DNA of 64,000 bases from Flavobacteriales bacterium (lineage in GTDB: Bacteria; Bacteroidota; Bacteroidia; M30B66): the NCBI GenBank assembly GCA_046294625.1, contig JBKBKN010000010.1:27151-91150 (forward strand), written 5' to 3'. The notes below the pieces were generated by a model that ran no database searches, was not told the DNA's origin, and was given only the letters and a program-made list of their open reading frames with translations. A program made the position numbers and the translations under genes. This document shows, piece after piece, positions 1 through 9,200 of the stretch (its first letter is position 1; every line of letters begins with the position of its first letter).

Positions 1-314
1 TGCGTGTGCCTGTTGTCGGCGGACATTCGGAGTCGGTGAATGTAAAACTCAAGTCGAATGTTGACTTATCGCAAATCAGAGCAACAATAAGTGGTATGCC
101 CGGAGTGATCATCATGGATAATCCTGAGCAGTTTGAATATCCAATGCCTATCAATGCAAAAGGCAAAAATGAAGTTTTCGTTGGAAGAATCAGAAAAGAC
201 TTTAGTGATGAAAACAGCTTCAATTTATGGATTGTGGCTGATAACCTTCGAAAAGGCGCTGCAACCAATGCTGTTCAAATTGCCGAGTATCTTTATCGTG
301 AAGGCTATGTATAA
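1..314 (+). CDS. asd: Aspartate-semialdehyde dehydrogenase, C-terminal part (truncated by window start)
   Basis: RVPVVGGHSESVN, YPMP, VFVGRIR and WIVADNLRKGAATNAVQIAE motifs; the frame runs off the window edge. Confidence 0.95.
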   Translation, partial: RVPVVGGHSESVNVKLKSNVDLSQIRATISGMPGVIIMDNPEQFEYPMPINAKGKNEVFVGRIRKDFSDENSFNLWIVADNLRKGAATNAVQIAEYLYREGYV

Positions 315-400
315 TAAAAAATTCAGCATAACCTACTTTACCATTGTGTGACCACAAAAAGTTTTGGAAAGATAGAAAACGACCAAAAGGAATGAAAATC

Positions 401-562
401 TTAATGCTTCTCCGGATTGCGCTGCATTTCTCTAATCCAGTAGAATGTTAAGACGGTCATGCATATGATGAAAAATACATTCACCACATTGCCGAATTGA
501 TAGTTCATCACACTAAAAGTGAGTTCGAAAAATGACTGCAAGGCATACCAAAAATTGTTCAT
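401..562 (-). CDS. Small 53-aa membrane protein (DUF6341-like)
   Basis: ATG at 562 gives MNNFWYALQSFFELTF...NVFFIICMTVLTFYWIREM with one TM segment; promoter-like TATTTTCG upstream; family suggested from memory. Confidence 0.6.
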   Translation of the reverse strand: MNNFWYALQSFFELTFSVMNYQFGNVVNVFFIICMTVLTFYWIREMQRNPEKH

Positions 563-571
563 CGTTTTGAT

Positions 572-590
572 TAATTTTGCTGCGAAAATA
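572..590. promoter_or_regulatory. Overlapping divergent Bacteroidota -7 promoter elements
   Basis: TAATTTTG on + (572-579) and TATTTTCG on - (590-583), between divergent genes. Confidence 0.55.
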
Positions 591-620
591 AAAAATAATC
601 CATCATCAAAATCCTGATTA

Positions 621-1616
621 GTGTTTATTAATTTTTTCCGACAGGCAGGTTGGATCAATATGTTTATTCTTCCCTTCATTTTGATGATGCTTTGGGTGTT
701 TGTTTTACCCAGAACAGAATTAATCAACTCGGAAAATGCATTCCCGCTTTTCTTGCTGACTGCAAAATATTTGATGAATTTCAGAGAGTTAATGATTGGG
801 GTTGCAGTAATTCTGATACTTTTTCAGGCTTACTTTCTGAACTATATCATCAACAGACATGGAGTAATAAAGGAAGAAACGCATCTTCCATCTCTACTTT
901 ACGTTGTACTGATGAGTAGTTTGCCTGAGCAATTGAGTTTAAGCCCATTAATATTTGCCAATCTGTTTATTCTCCTGGCATTTAACTCAGTTTTGCATTT
1001 TTATCAAGCTCAGTATGCAGCCATGGGAGCTTTTGATGCAGGTACATTTTTGGGCATAGCAAGCTTATTTTACTGGCCTTCAGTAATTTTATTCGGTTTT
1101 CTACTCGCGAGTTTACTCATATTAAGAGTGTTTAATTGGAAAGAATGGGTGGCAGGTTTGGCCGGGTTGGCTTTGCCTTTGTTTTTTCTGAGCTTATATT
1201 TTTATCTCACTGATTCATTCAATTTAGAGAGCTACGAGCGGCTTGCCGAACCATTTTATAAAGTACAGTTTTCAGCCGTTTATTTTCAGACTTATATCAT
1301 GGTATTTGTCGTGCTGACTATCATCATCATCGGTTCATTGATCAGATTTGTAAAGGATTTGAATACTTATACAAAACTGAAAAACAGACGTTACCTTCAA
1401 ATGGTGATCTGGTTTTTGTTGTTTAGCCTGTTGGCTTATTTTATCTCGGAGAAAAAATCGATGATTGGTTTGTCATTTGTGGCTTTACCACTTTCTGTTC
1501 TCCTGGCAAATTATTTTTTCACAATCAAAAGGCTTGTGATAGGGGAGTTGCTATTTCTCTTACTTTTGGTTTCGATAATTTATAATCAGGTTATTCATTT
1601 CGGGCAACAGTATTGA
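621..1616 (+). CDS. Polytopic membrane protein (DUF6427-like)
   Basis: 331 aa with about 9 hydrophobic segments; FDAGTFLGIASLFY and WKEW..GL.G..LP motifs typical of this Bacteroidota family. Confidence 0.7.
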   Translation: MFINFFRQAGWINMFILPFILMMLWVFVLPRTELINSENAFPLFLLTAKYLMNFRELMIGVAVILILFQAYFLNYIINRHGVIKEETHLPSLLYVVLMSSLPEQLSLSPLIFANLFILLAFNSVLHFYQAQYAAMGAFDAGTFLGIASLFYWPSVILFGFLLASLLILRVFNWKEWVAGLAGLALPLFFLSLYFYLTDSFNLESYERLAEPFYKVQFSAVYFQTYIMVFVVLTIIIIGSLIRFVKDLNTYTKLKNRRYLQMVIWFLLFSLLAYFISEKKSMIGLSFVALPLSVLLANYFFTIKRLVIGELLFLLLLVSIIYNQVIHFGQQY

Positions 1617-1644
1617 CATTGTTCCAGTTCAAATTTTATAAATA

Positions 1645-2346
1645 ATGAAAGTTGGTGTAGTAGTTTTTCCGGGTTCAAATTGCGATCAGGATATGATCGA
1701 TGCATTATCCATGATTGATGGCGTTAAACCATTTAAGCTTTGGCACAAGGATCATGATTTGCAAAATGCAGAGCTTGTAGTTTTACCCGGAGGGTTTTCT
1801 TATGGCGACTATCTGCGTTCTGGTGCAATTGCTCGTTTTTCACCAATCATGAAAGAAGTGGTAGATCATGCAAATAAAGGAGGTCCTCTTTTTGGCGTTT
1901 GCAATGGGTTTCAGATTTTGTGTGAAGCACATTTAGTTCCCGGTGCCTTGTTGCACAACACTTCTCATAAGTTTATTTGCAAAAATGTATTTATTACTCC
2001 TGAACATAATCAAACCATGATTACGCAGTTCACGCAAGGTAAAGGTCAAGCGCTAAAAATTCCAATTGCACATGGCGAAGGAAGATATTTTGCCAATGAA
2101 GATGAATTGAAGCGCATTGAAGATAATGGTCAGGTGATTTTTCGCTACTGCGATGAGCATGGGCAGGTTGTTGATGCCGCCAACCCGAATGGCAGTTTGA
2201 AAAATATTGCCGGCGTGTGCAATGCTCAGAAAAACGTGTTCGGTATGATGCCACACCCTGAACGAGCTGTAGATCCCATATTGGGCAATACGGATGGATT
2301 GAATATTTTAAAAGGATTAATCGGCAAAGTGTTGGAGCTGGCCTAG
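1645..2346 (+). CDS. purQ: Phosphoribosylformylglycinamidine synthase glutaminase subunit PurQ
   Basis: VVVFPGSNCD, LPGGFSYGDYLRSGA, GVCNGFQIL, NPNGS and GMMPHPER motifs. Confidence 0.97.
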   Translation: MKVGVVVFPGSNCDQDMIDALSMIDGVKPFKLWHKDHDLQNAELVVLPGGFSYGDYLRSGAIARFSPIMKEVVDHANKGGPLFGVCNGFQILCEAHLVPGALLHNTSHKFICKNVFITPEHNQTMITQFTQGKGQALKIPIAHGEGRYFANEDELKRIEDNGQVIFRYCDEHGQVVDAANPNGSLKNIAGVCNAQKNVFGMMPHPERAVDPILGNTDGLNILKGLIGKVLELA

Positions 2347-2443
2347 TTGGCGGCAAGCATATTTTAGCGACAACCTACACTGGTAAATAAGCTTCATTTT
2401 AACAATTGTTTTCCTTAATTTGATGTTTACTCCAGAAATAAGA

Positions 2444-2474
2444 TTTGTATAATGATCTTATTTTTGTATATTTG
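2444..2474 (+). promoter_or_regulatory. Bacteroidota sigma70-type promoter (-33/-7)
   Basis: TTTG (2444-2447), 19-nt spacer, TATATTTG (2467-2474); exact consensus match. Confidence 0.75.
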
Positions 2475-2494
2475 TGGTATGGAAAAGATTTAAG

Positions 2495-3934
2495 ATGGCT
2501 TTATTACCATATTCAGAAGAACAGGTTCTTGACCGAATAAGATTTGAAAATCCTTGGTGGGTAACTGGAACGGTTGAAGAATATTACACTTCTATGCAAA
2601 GGAGATTGTATTTTGACTTGTTTATGCCTCTCGTTACGGAGACAGGTGTCAGAAGAGCCGTTGTTTTAATGGGACCGAGAAGAGTTGGAAAAACAGTTAT
2701 GATGTATCATACTGTTCAAAATCTGCTTGAAAATGAAATTGACCCCTTAAAAGTAGCTTTCATTTCAATTGAAACTCCCATTTACAACAACATTGGTTTA
2801 GAGCAACTTTTTAGTTTTTGCCGTAGGGCAACAAAACAGGACAGTCCCAAAGGTTGGTATATATTCTTTGATGAAATACAATATTTAAAAGACTGGGAAG
2901 TGCACCTCAAGTCTTTGGTTGACAGCTATCCTCATACTCGCTTCGTGGTTTCAGGTTCTGCTGCTGCTGCTTTACGACTTAAGAGTAATGAGAGTGGAGC
3001 AGGACGATTTACTGATTTTATGCTGCCACCGTTGACCTTTAATGAGTTTCTACATTTGAAACAATTAAACAGACTCATCACAGAAACAAATCTGGACTGG
3101 CAAGGCAGTTTGACAAAATTTTACAGCACCAATAACATTAACGAGCTTAATAAGCATTTTTTGGACTACATCAATTATGGTGGTTACCCTGAAGTAATTT
3201 TTTCAGATAAAATTCAAAGCAATCCCGGACGGTATATCAGAAGCGACATCATTGACAAAGTATTGTTGAGAGATTTGCCGAGCCTTTACGGAATAAGAGA
3301 TGTGCAAGAACTTAACTCGTTATTTACCGCTATTGCATATAACAGTGCAGGAGAAGTAAGTCTTGAAGATTTAAGTAAAAATTCAGGCGTTCAAAAGAAT
3401 ACCATTAAACGCTACATTGAGTATTTAGAAGCTGCATTTTTGATAAAAGTGGTTCATAAAATTTCAAATAAACCCAAACAGTTTCAGCGAGCAACACAGT
3501 TTAAGATTTACCTGACAAATCCTTCTCTAAGAAGTGCGTTGTTTTCTCCGTTGCAACCGACCGACCCTTTTATTGGAAACATGGTTAAGACGGCAATTTA
3601 CGCACAATGGCTTCACAGGGATTGGTTTACACCTTTCTATGCAAGATGGCAAAAAGGAGAAGTTGATATGGTAAAACTTGACGAGAAAAATTTCAAACCG
3701 CAATGGGCTGTAGAAATCAAGTGGAGTAACCAATTTTATGAAAAACCTGGTGACTTAAAATCGTTATTACAATTTTTAAAAGACAATAATCTGCAAACCG
3801 CCTTAGTTACAACCATTGATAAGGAAGGAACTAAAGAAATAGACAATTTAAAACTACCATACATACCTGCATCGGTTTATGCCTATACCGTTGGTAAGAA
3901 CACTATTTTACAAAAACAAAAACGTAACTCATGA
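2495..3934 (+). CDS. AAA+ ATPase (AAA_14) with DUF4143 and a C-terminal PD-(D/E)xK-like motif
   Basis: Walker A GPRRVGKT, Walker B IFFDEIQ, GGYPE, EVDMV...AVEIKW; ATG 2495 chosen because the promoter covers the GTG at 2474. Confidence 0.85.
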   Translation: MALLPYSEEQVLDRIRFENPWWVTGTVEEYYTSMQRRLYFDLFMPLVTETGVRRAVVLMGPRRVGKTVMMYHTVQNLLENEIDPLKVAFISIETPIYNNIGLEQLFSFCRRATKQDSPKGWYIFFDEIQYLKDWEVHLKSLVDSYPHTRFVVSGSAAAALRLKSNESGAGRFTDFMLPPLTFNEFLHLKQLNRLITETNLDWQGSLTKFYSTNNINELNKHFLDYINYGGYPEVIFSDKIQSNPGRYIRSDIIDKVLLRDLPSLYGIRDVQELNSLFTAIAYNSAGEVSLEDLSKNSGVQKNTIKRYIEYLEAAFLIKVVHKISNKPKQFQRATQFKIYLTNPSLRSALFSPLQPTDPFIGNMVKTAIYAQWLHRDWFTPFYARWQKGEVDMVKLDEKNFKPQWAVEIKWSNQFYEKPGDLKSLLQFLKDNNLQTALVTTIDKEGTKEIDNLKLPYIPASVYAYTVGKNTILQKQKRNS

Positions 3935-3945
3935 CATCAGTAAAT

Positions 3946-4078
3946 CAGCCACTAAAATCGTTTAGTGTCAGGAAGAGTGACGTATTTTATTGATAATTTT
4001 TTGCGTATTGGAAGTGCGGTTTTTCGTCTCGAGTGCAGTGCTATAAAACCCGCCCGAAAGCAAAGCCGAAAGCGATTA
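3946..4078 (+). repeat. Degenerate attC-like imperfect inverted repeat
   Basis: CAGCCACTAAA...TTTAGTGTCAGGAAGAGTGACG...AAACCCGCCCGAAAGCAAAGCCGAAAGCGATTA; the outer arms are partly complementary. Confidence 0.45.
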
Positions 4079-5929
4079 ATTCACCAAATCACCTCTAAGC
4101 ATTCGATATCGTTTTCGGGCTTCTACCACATAGAGTGAACCGGGATAGTCAACCATTAATTCTTTGTAAAGCTTCTGTGCCTTTTCTGTGTCATTGAGCT
4201 TTCGTTCATAGATTTCTGCCATCATGAAAACAGCATTGTCTGCAAGAATATCATTCTTATGATGCATCAACAACTTTTCCAGATGTTCGATAGCCTGTGT
4301 ATATCGCCCTTTTCGAAAGTCTATTTGGGCTTTGCGATACAAAATATCATCAGCCAAAGTTGACTGCGGGTCTAAAATTTGCAAAGAATCCAAAGTTTTT
4401 AGCGCTTCATCCGGTTTGTTTTGAAACAACCATAAATCAGCACGTGAGAACATGCGCAAAGCTTCACCGGTTGTGTCAAACGTAGTATTGTCTGTGATGA
4501 GTAAAGATAATTCCAGTGCATCATTGGCAATTAATTTGGAAGTGGCTGATTTCAATACGTCTAACTGTGCTTTTGCCCAATCAAATTCGCCTTTGAAGTA
4601 GGCCAGACGAGCATTTCTGAATTTTGCTTCTTGCCCGAGTGTATCGTTTTTAAAAGCTTTATCAACTTGTGAATAGAGCAGTGAAGCTTCCCAAATATCT
4701 CCTGAAAGCAGCATGACGTCAGCTAATTGCATTTTGGCCAATGCTTGTGGACGGGCCGGCACACCGCGCATCTCCACAATGCCTTCCAATAGAGCCACAG
4801 CCGGTTCGGTCTTATCAAGATAAAAGGCTTGAAGTTTAGCCAGCTTTATGGCAAGCGGAATGCTGAGTTCATTGGACTTAAATTCATGATAGGTTTTTTG
4901 CAGCAAATCTTCTAAGGAAGCGAGCTCTTCGTTAGTGATATTTTTTGATTCAGTAACTTTCCGAAACAACATTTCCGGGAGCTCAATTTTAGCGCGCACC
5001 AGCATGTCCATTGGAAGCGATTTGTCAAACATATACCGATAAGCCTGCTCTGCAACATCAAAAGCATCATTAGCTGCGCAAAGTCTTGCCAATTCAAGCA
5101 TTCTAAACCCATTTTCACGCAAGCGACGATCTATGGCTCTTGTTTGTATAAATGCTGTTTCAAAATCTTTTTGTTGAATCGCAATCCAAATCAATAATTC
5201 AGAGAAAATAAAATTATCCGGATTTTTTTGTGCCTCGCGAAGTAGCTTAGTCTTGAACAATTCAATTCGATCTCCTTTTTCATCAGCAATCATTAAATCT
5301 TGTATTTGATGCTGCATTTTTTCCATCTGTTGTGGACTAATACGCCCAAGTAGGTCTATCCATTCGCTGAATCCTGCATCGTATTCATTAATAGCAAAAT
5401 ACAAGGTGGCAAGCTCAAATTGAAAATTATATATGCGGTTTGCAGCCTTTTTGGCAGACTGAAAAACCTTTAATGCCCGATCAGGGTGTTCTCTTTTGAG
5501 AAAGGCATTTGCCAAGTCTATCACTTGATCGTCGTTCGTTGGATTCAAATCCTTCATTGCTTTATCTAAAAGCTTTTGCGCTTTACTTTTATCCCCGCTT
5601 TGGTTGATGATATAAGCCAGATCGACCTGATAACTTAATTTTTCCGGAAACCTTTTCGCTAATCGTCCAATAAGCTTTTCTGCCGACTTTACATCCTTCA
5701 ACTCGGAATAGCAGGTAATCAAAGCATTGTAATAAAGTGTTTCAGGTCTTTTATTGAAGAGCTTTTCATAAACATCTGCTGCTTTTTCAAAAGCACCCTC
5801 GTTGAGGTATTGAGCTGCAAGTTGCTCTTCTTTTGAAATGGACATCACATCATCTGAACTGCCAGGTTGAGCATGCATTCCTGAAAATCCAAAGAAGAAA
5901 ACAAAAAGAAGTAAATGGAAAATTCTCAT
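4076..5929 (-). CDS. Exported tetratricopeptide-repeat protein
   Basis: Signal peptide MRIFHLLLFVFFFGFSGMHAQ; many TPR helices; QLDVLKSATSKLIANDALELSL and YPGSLYVVEARKRYR.LRGD segments. Confidence 0.88.
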   Translation of the reverse strand: MRIFHLLLFVFFFGFSGMHAQPGSSDDVMSISKEEQLAAQYLNEGAFEKAADVYEKLFNKRPETLYYNALITCYSELKDVKSAEKLIGRLAKRFPEKLSYQVDLAYIINQSGDKSKAQKLLDKAMKDLNPTNDDQVIDLANAFLKREHPDRALKVFQSAKKAANRIYNFQFELATLYFAINEYDAGFSEWIDLLGRISPQQMEKMQHQIQDLMIADEKGDRIELFKTKLLREAQKNPDNFIFSELLIWIAIQQKDFETAFIQTRAIDRRLRENGFRMLELARLCAANDAFDVAEQAYRYMFDKSLPMDMLVRAKIELPEMLFRKVTESKNITNEELASLEDLLQKTYHEFKSNELSIPLAIKLAKLQAFYLDKTEPAVALLEGIVEMRGVPARPQALAKMQLADVMLLSGDIWEASLLYSQVDKAFKNDTLGQEAKFRNARLAYFKGEFDWAKAQLDVLKSATSKLIANDALELSLLITDNTTFDTTGEALRMFSRADLWLFQNKPDEALKTLDSLQILDPQSTLADDILYRKAQIDFRKGRYTQAIEHLEKLLMHHKNDILADNAVFMMAEIYERKLNDTEKAQKLYKELMVDYPGSLYVVEARKRYRMLRGDLVN

Positions 5930-6007
5930 ATTGATTTGCATCACAGACAAAGCTATAACAAATATTGAACCCGTTCTAGTGTGATAGGGTTTCAAAAAAT
6001 TAAATTG

Positions 6008-6532
6008 TTATTTCTTTAACTTTTGTGTCAATGTATTGCTATGCTTTTTCTCAACAAGTTTTGCCACCACTCCAGAATAGAATGCGCTAAGCACAAGCAG
6101 TCCAACGAGTGTAAATGTAGATTGAACCATTGGAGAGAGTATCACTTCAGCCGACTGTCTGAAACCTTCGATATCTGCTTCGCTGTTTCCTGCCATCCGA
6201 AATTCGCTTACCCTAGCTTCGATCATTTCCACAAAAAAAGTAGTATCGATGTAGGCATAATAGGCATAAAGAAAAAGTGAATAAAGCACAGTGTGCAGCG
6301 CAGCAATCGACATGCCTGTCTTAAATCCGTTTATGAAAACAATTTTTTTGTTCGGTGATTGGTTTCGCAATTCTTCTACGCCAAGGAAAATCCCAATCAA
6401 CATAAACAGCATGACCATGATCACAGAATATTGGCCAAAGAATGTATCGCGTGCATTGAACGCAAACAAACCTGTTTTCCATATTGCTGAGATAAGGAAA
6501 ACGCTTAATCCGTATTTGGTTTCCGGACGCAT
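6008..6532 (-). CDS. DUF4199-like membrane protein
   Basis: 4 TM segments, F..GFKTGM motif; start overlaps the rho stop (TAATG). Confidence 0.7.
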   Translation of the reverse strand: MRPETKYGLSVFLISAIWKTGLFAFNARDTFFGQYSVIMVMLFMLIGIFLGVEELRNQSPNKKIVFINGFKTGMSIAALHTVLYSLFLYAYYAYIDTTFFVEMIEARVSEFRMAGNSEADIEGFRQSAEVILSPMVQSTFTLVGLLVLSAFYSGVVAKLVEKKHSNTLTQKLKK

Positions 6533-8349
6533 TATTTATTCATGGAAATAAGGAATTCTTCGTTGCTCTTAGTGTATTGCATTCTATCGCGCAGAAATTC
6601 CATGGCTTCAATAGTGGTCATGTCGGCCAAGTGATTGCGTAGAATCCACATGCGTTGAAGCACTTCTTTGTCAACTAGCAAATCGTCGCGACGAGTGCTT
6701 GATGAAACAAGGTCGATGGCCGGGAAAATTCGCTTATTGGCAAGCTTGCGATCTAATTGCAATTCCATGTTGCCTGTACCCTTAAATTCTTCAAAGATTA
6801 CTTCGTCCATTTTTGAGCCTGTATCGATCAATGCGGTAGCCAGAATGGTCAAAGATCCGCCCTTTTCAATTTTACGGGCAGCTCCAAAAAATCTTTTTGG
6901 GCGGTGAAGCGCATTGGCATCAACACCTCCTGAAAGTACTTTGCCTGAAGCAGGTTGCACGGTGTTATAGGCTCTTGCAAGTCTGGTAATGGAATCGAGC
7001 AAAATCACCACATCATGTCCGCACTCCACCATTCTTTTGGCTTTTTCTAAAACGATGTTGGCGATTTTCACATGTCTTTCGGCTGGTTCATCAAATGTTG
7101 ATGAAACTACTTCTGCCTTCACGCTGCGAGCCATATCGGTCACCTCTTCAGGCCGCTCGTCGATTAATAAAATGATCAAATAGGCTTCCGGGTGATTTTC
7201 GGCAATGGCATTAGCGACTTCCTTAAGTAATACCGTTTTACCGGTTTTGGGTTGGGCTACGATAAGTCCACGCTGCCCTTTACCAATAGGCGTGAATAGA
7301 TCCATCACTCGGGTTGAAAGGGTTTGATATCTGTGCCCTGTCAAGTTGAATTTCTCATCAGGAAACATGGGCGTGAGGAAGTCAAATGGAACGCGATCTC
7401 TAACGTAGGAAGGATCCCTGCCATTGATTTTGTCTATTTTGACCAATGGAAAATATTTCTCCCCTTCTTTGGGTGGGCGAACATAGCCATTAACCGTATC
7501 GCCTGTTTTTAATCCGAAAAGTTTGATTTGCGATTGCGAAACATATACATCGTCGGGTGAGGAGAGATAATTATAGTCTGCTGAACGCAGAAAGCCATAT
7601 CCGTCGGGCATCATTTCCAATACTCCTTCAGTGCTTACCGTGGAGTCGAAACTTGCAAAAGGATCTACTTGCTGCTGCTGTTGTTGGCCTTGATTAGGAT
7701 TATTGAACTTTTGTCTTTGTTGCCATTGCCTGTTCTGCCCTTGATTTTGGTTTTGTTGCTGTTGCTGACCAAAATTTTGTTGTGGGCGTTGTGCGGGTCT
7801 GTCAGCTTCTTTAGGAGCTTCTTCACGCGGCTTTTCAGAAGTTTCTTGCTTGGTGTTTTCAAGGTTGTTGGGTCTTTGCTCCCTAAATGGTCTTTTTTGT
7901 TCCTGCGATTCAGCTTGTGGTTTGTTTTGCGGATTCACGTCAGTTTTCACTTCTGCTTCTATTGAATCTCTTTTGAATTCAGCTGATTCATACTCTTCCT
8001 GATTTTTTCTTTTTCTGCCTCTTCTAGATTTTTCTTTAACCTCATTTTCAGTTTGAATAGATTTGGTCTGATTCTTTTCTTGGAAAGCAATCTGTTTAGC
8101 GCGAATTTCTTGCTCCACTTTGCGAATCGATTCATTCAGCGATAATTCTGCTGTATCCAGTTTGATTGGTTCAATTTTGACAGAAGTCAGTTCAGATGGA
8201 GCGGTTTTTCTTAGTGTTTTGCTTTGCTCAAAAATCTTTGAAATAATTTCAGCTTTCTTCAGCGTTTCTGCACCGGAAATATTTAATTCCTTAGCAATCT
8301 TCCTAAGCTCAGGCAAGAGCTTAGTATTGAGATCTTTAATGTCGTACAT
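6532..8349 (-). CDS. rho: Transcription termination factor Rho with long disordered N-terminal insertion
   Basis: N-terminal Rho helical domain, [32 protein letters not shown] and [13 protein letters not shown] motifs. Confidence 0.98.
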   Translation of the reverse strand: MYDIKDLNTKLLPELRKIAKELNISGAETLKKAEIISKIFEQSKTLRKTAPSELTSVKIEPIKLDTAELSLNESIRKVEQEIRAKQIAFQEKNQTKSIQTENEVKEKSRRGRKRKNQEEYESAEFKRDSIEAEVKTDVNPQNKPQAESQEQKRPFREQRPNNLENTKQETSEKPREEAPKEADRPAQRPQQNFGQQQQQNQNQGQNRQWQQRQKFNNPNQGQQQQQQVDPFASFDSTVSTEGVLEMMPDGYGFLRSADYNYLSSPDDVYVSQSQIKLFGLKTGDTVNGYVRPPKEGEKYFPLVKIDKINGRDPSYVRDRVPFDFLTPMFPDEKFNLTGHRYQTLSTRVMDLFTPIGKGQRGLIVAQPKTGKTVLLKEVANAIAENHPEAYLIILLIDERPEEVTDMARSVKAEVVSSTFDEPAERHVKIANIVLEKAKRMVECGHDVVILLDSITRLARAYNTVQPASGKVLSGGVDANALHRPKRFFGAARKIEKGGSLTILATALIDTGSKMDEVIFEEFKGTGNMELQLDRKLANKRIFPAIDLVSSSTRRDDLLVDKEVLQRMWILRNHLADMTTIEAMEFLRDRMQYTKSNEEFLISMNK

Positions 8350-8572
8350 GAATTTAACTTAATTGTTCCGGGTAAAACATGTGGTGTTTACCAAAGTATT
8401 TAATGTTAATCGGGAGGAATATTTTTTGAAGGAATCCGGAATCGAATTCCTTGCAATAATACAATAAAAATGAATTGCACAAATTGTTTTTAAAAAAAGG
8501 AAAAATGTAAGCAAGAACATTTGATCAGGGTAGGGGTGCATTTTCTTATCTTTACCTGATAATTCTGATTCG

Positions 8573-9097
8573 ATGCTAAAGTATTTAATGATTATCCTGG
8601 TGTCTATTACCATTTCAGAGAGCTTTTCACAATCTAAAATTAATTGGATGGATTTTCAACAAGCGATAGAAGCTAATGAACAGGAACCGCGAAAAATATT
8701 AATTGATGTGTATACCGACTGGTGCGGATGGTGCAAGCGAATGGATGCGAGCACTTTTTCTAATCCACAAGTGGTAGATTATGTAAATAAACATTTCTAT
8801 GCCATAAAACTCAATGCCGAGAAAGCTGCGCCAATTACATTGAAAGACAAAGAATATAAGGTAGATTCAAACTTAGGAAGAAACGGCACGCATACTCTTG
8901 CTGTTGAACTTTTGAATGGCAAAATGTCTTATCCTACTATTGTTTATCTCGATGATCGATTTAATATGCTTTCACCTGTACCGGGGTTTATGTCAGCAAA
9001 AGATATCGAAAAAGTTTTACGGTTTTTTGCTGAAGACATTTACAAGCATACGAAATGGGATGAATATAGTGCCAACTTCAAAGGTTCTTTTCAATAG
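8573..9097 (+). CDS. Exported thioredoxin-fold protein (DUF255-like)
   Basis: Signal peptide; DVYTDWCGWCKRMD and SYPT motifs. Confidence 0.88.
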   Translation: MLKYLMIILVSITISESFSQSKINWMDFQQAIEANEQEPRKILIDVYTDWCGWCKRMDASTFSNPQVVDYVNKHFYAIKLNAEKAAPITLKDKEYKVDSNLGRNGTHTLAVELLNGKMSYPTIVYLDDRFNMLSPVPGFMSAKDIEKVLRFFAEDIYKHTKWDEYSANFKGSFQ

Positions 9098-9200
9098 TAA
9101 TTAGTCAGTTAAAGAGATACTTTGAAGCCAAAGCTAGCAAGGAGAATTTAATGATACATTTCTTCAGCTACGCTTATTACTGAAATCAATATTTTAATCA

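Larger units (their letters stand above)
2346..4078 (+). mobile_element. Putative degenerate integron-like gene cassette (orphan, no integrase in window)
   Basis: Begins GTTGGCGGCAAG at the G of the purQ stop; one ORF with its own promoter; ends in an imperfect inverted repeat (3946-4078) whose GCCACTAAA roughly complements the start. Confidence 0.45.

Noticed and set aside
1645-2346. purQ without neighbouring purL/purS
   Set aside because: Scattered pur genes are common in Bacteroidota; the partners are probably elsewhere
7669-7965. Leu-rich 98-aa ORF on the + strand
   Set aside because: Antisense shadow of the Gln-rich Rho tract (CAA/CAG read as TTG/CTG)
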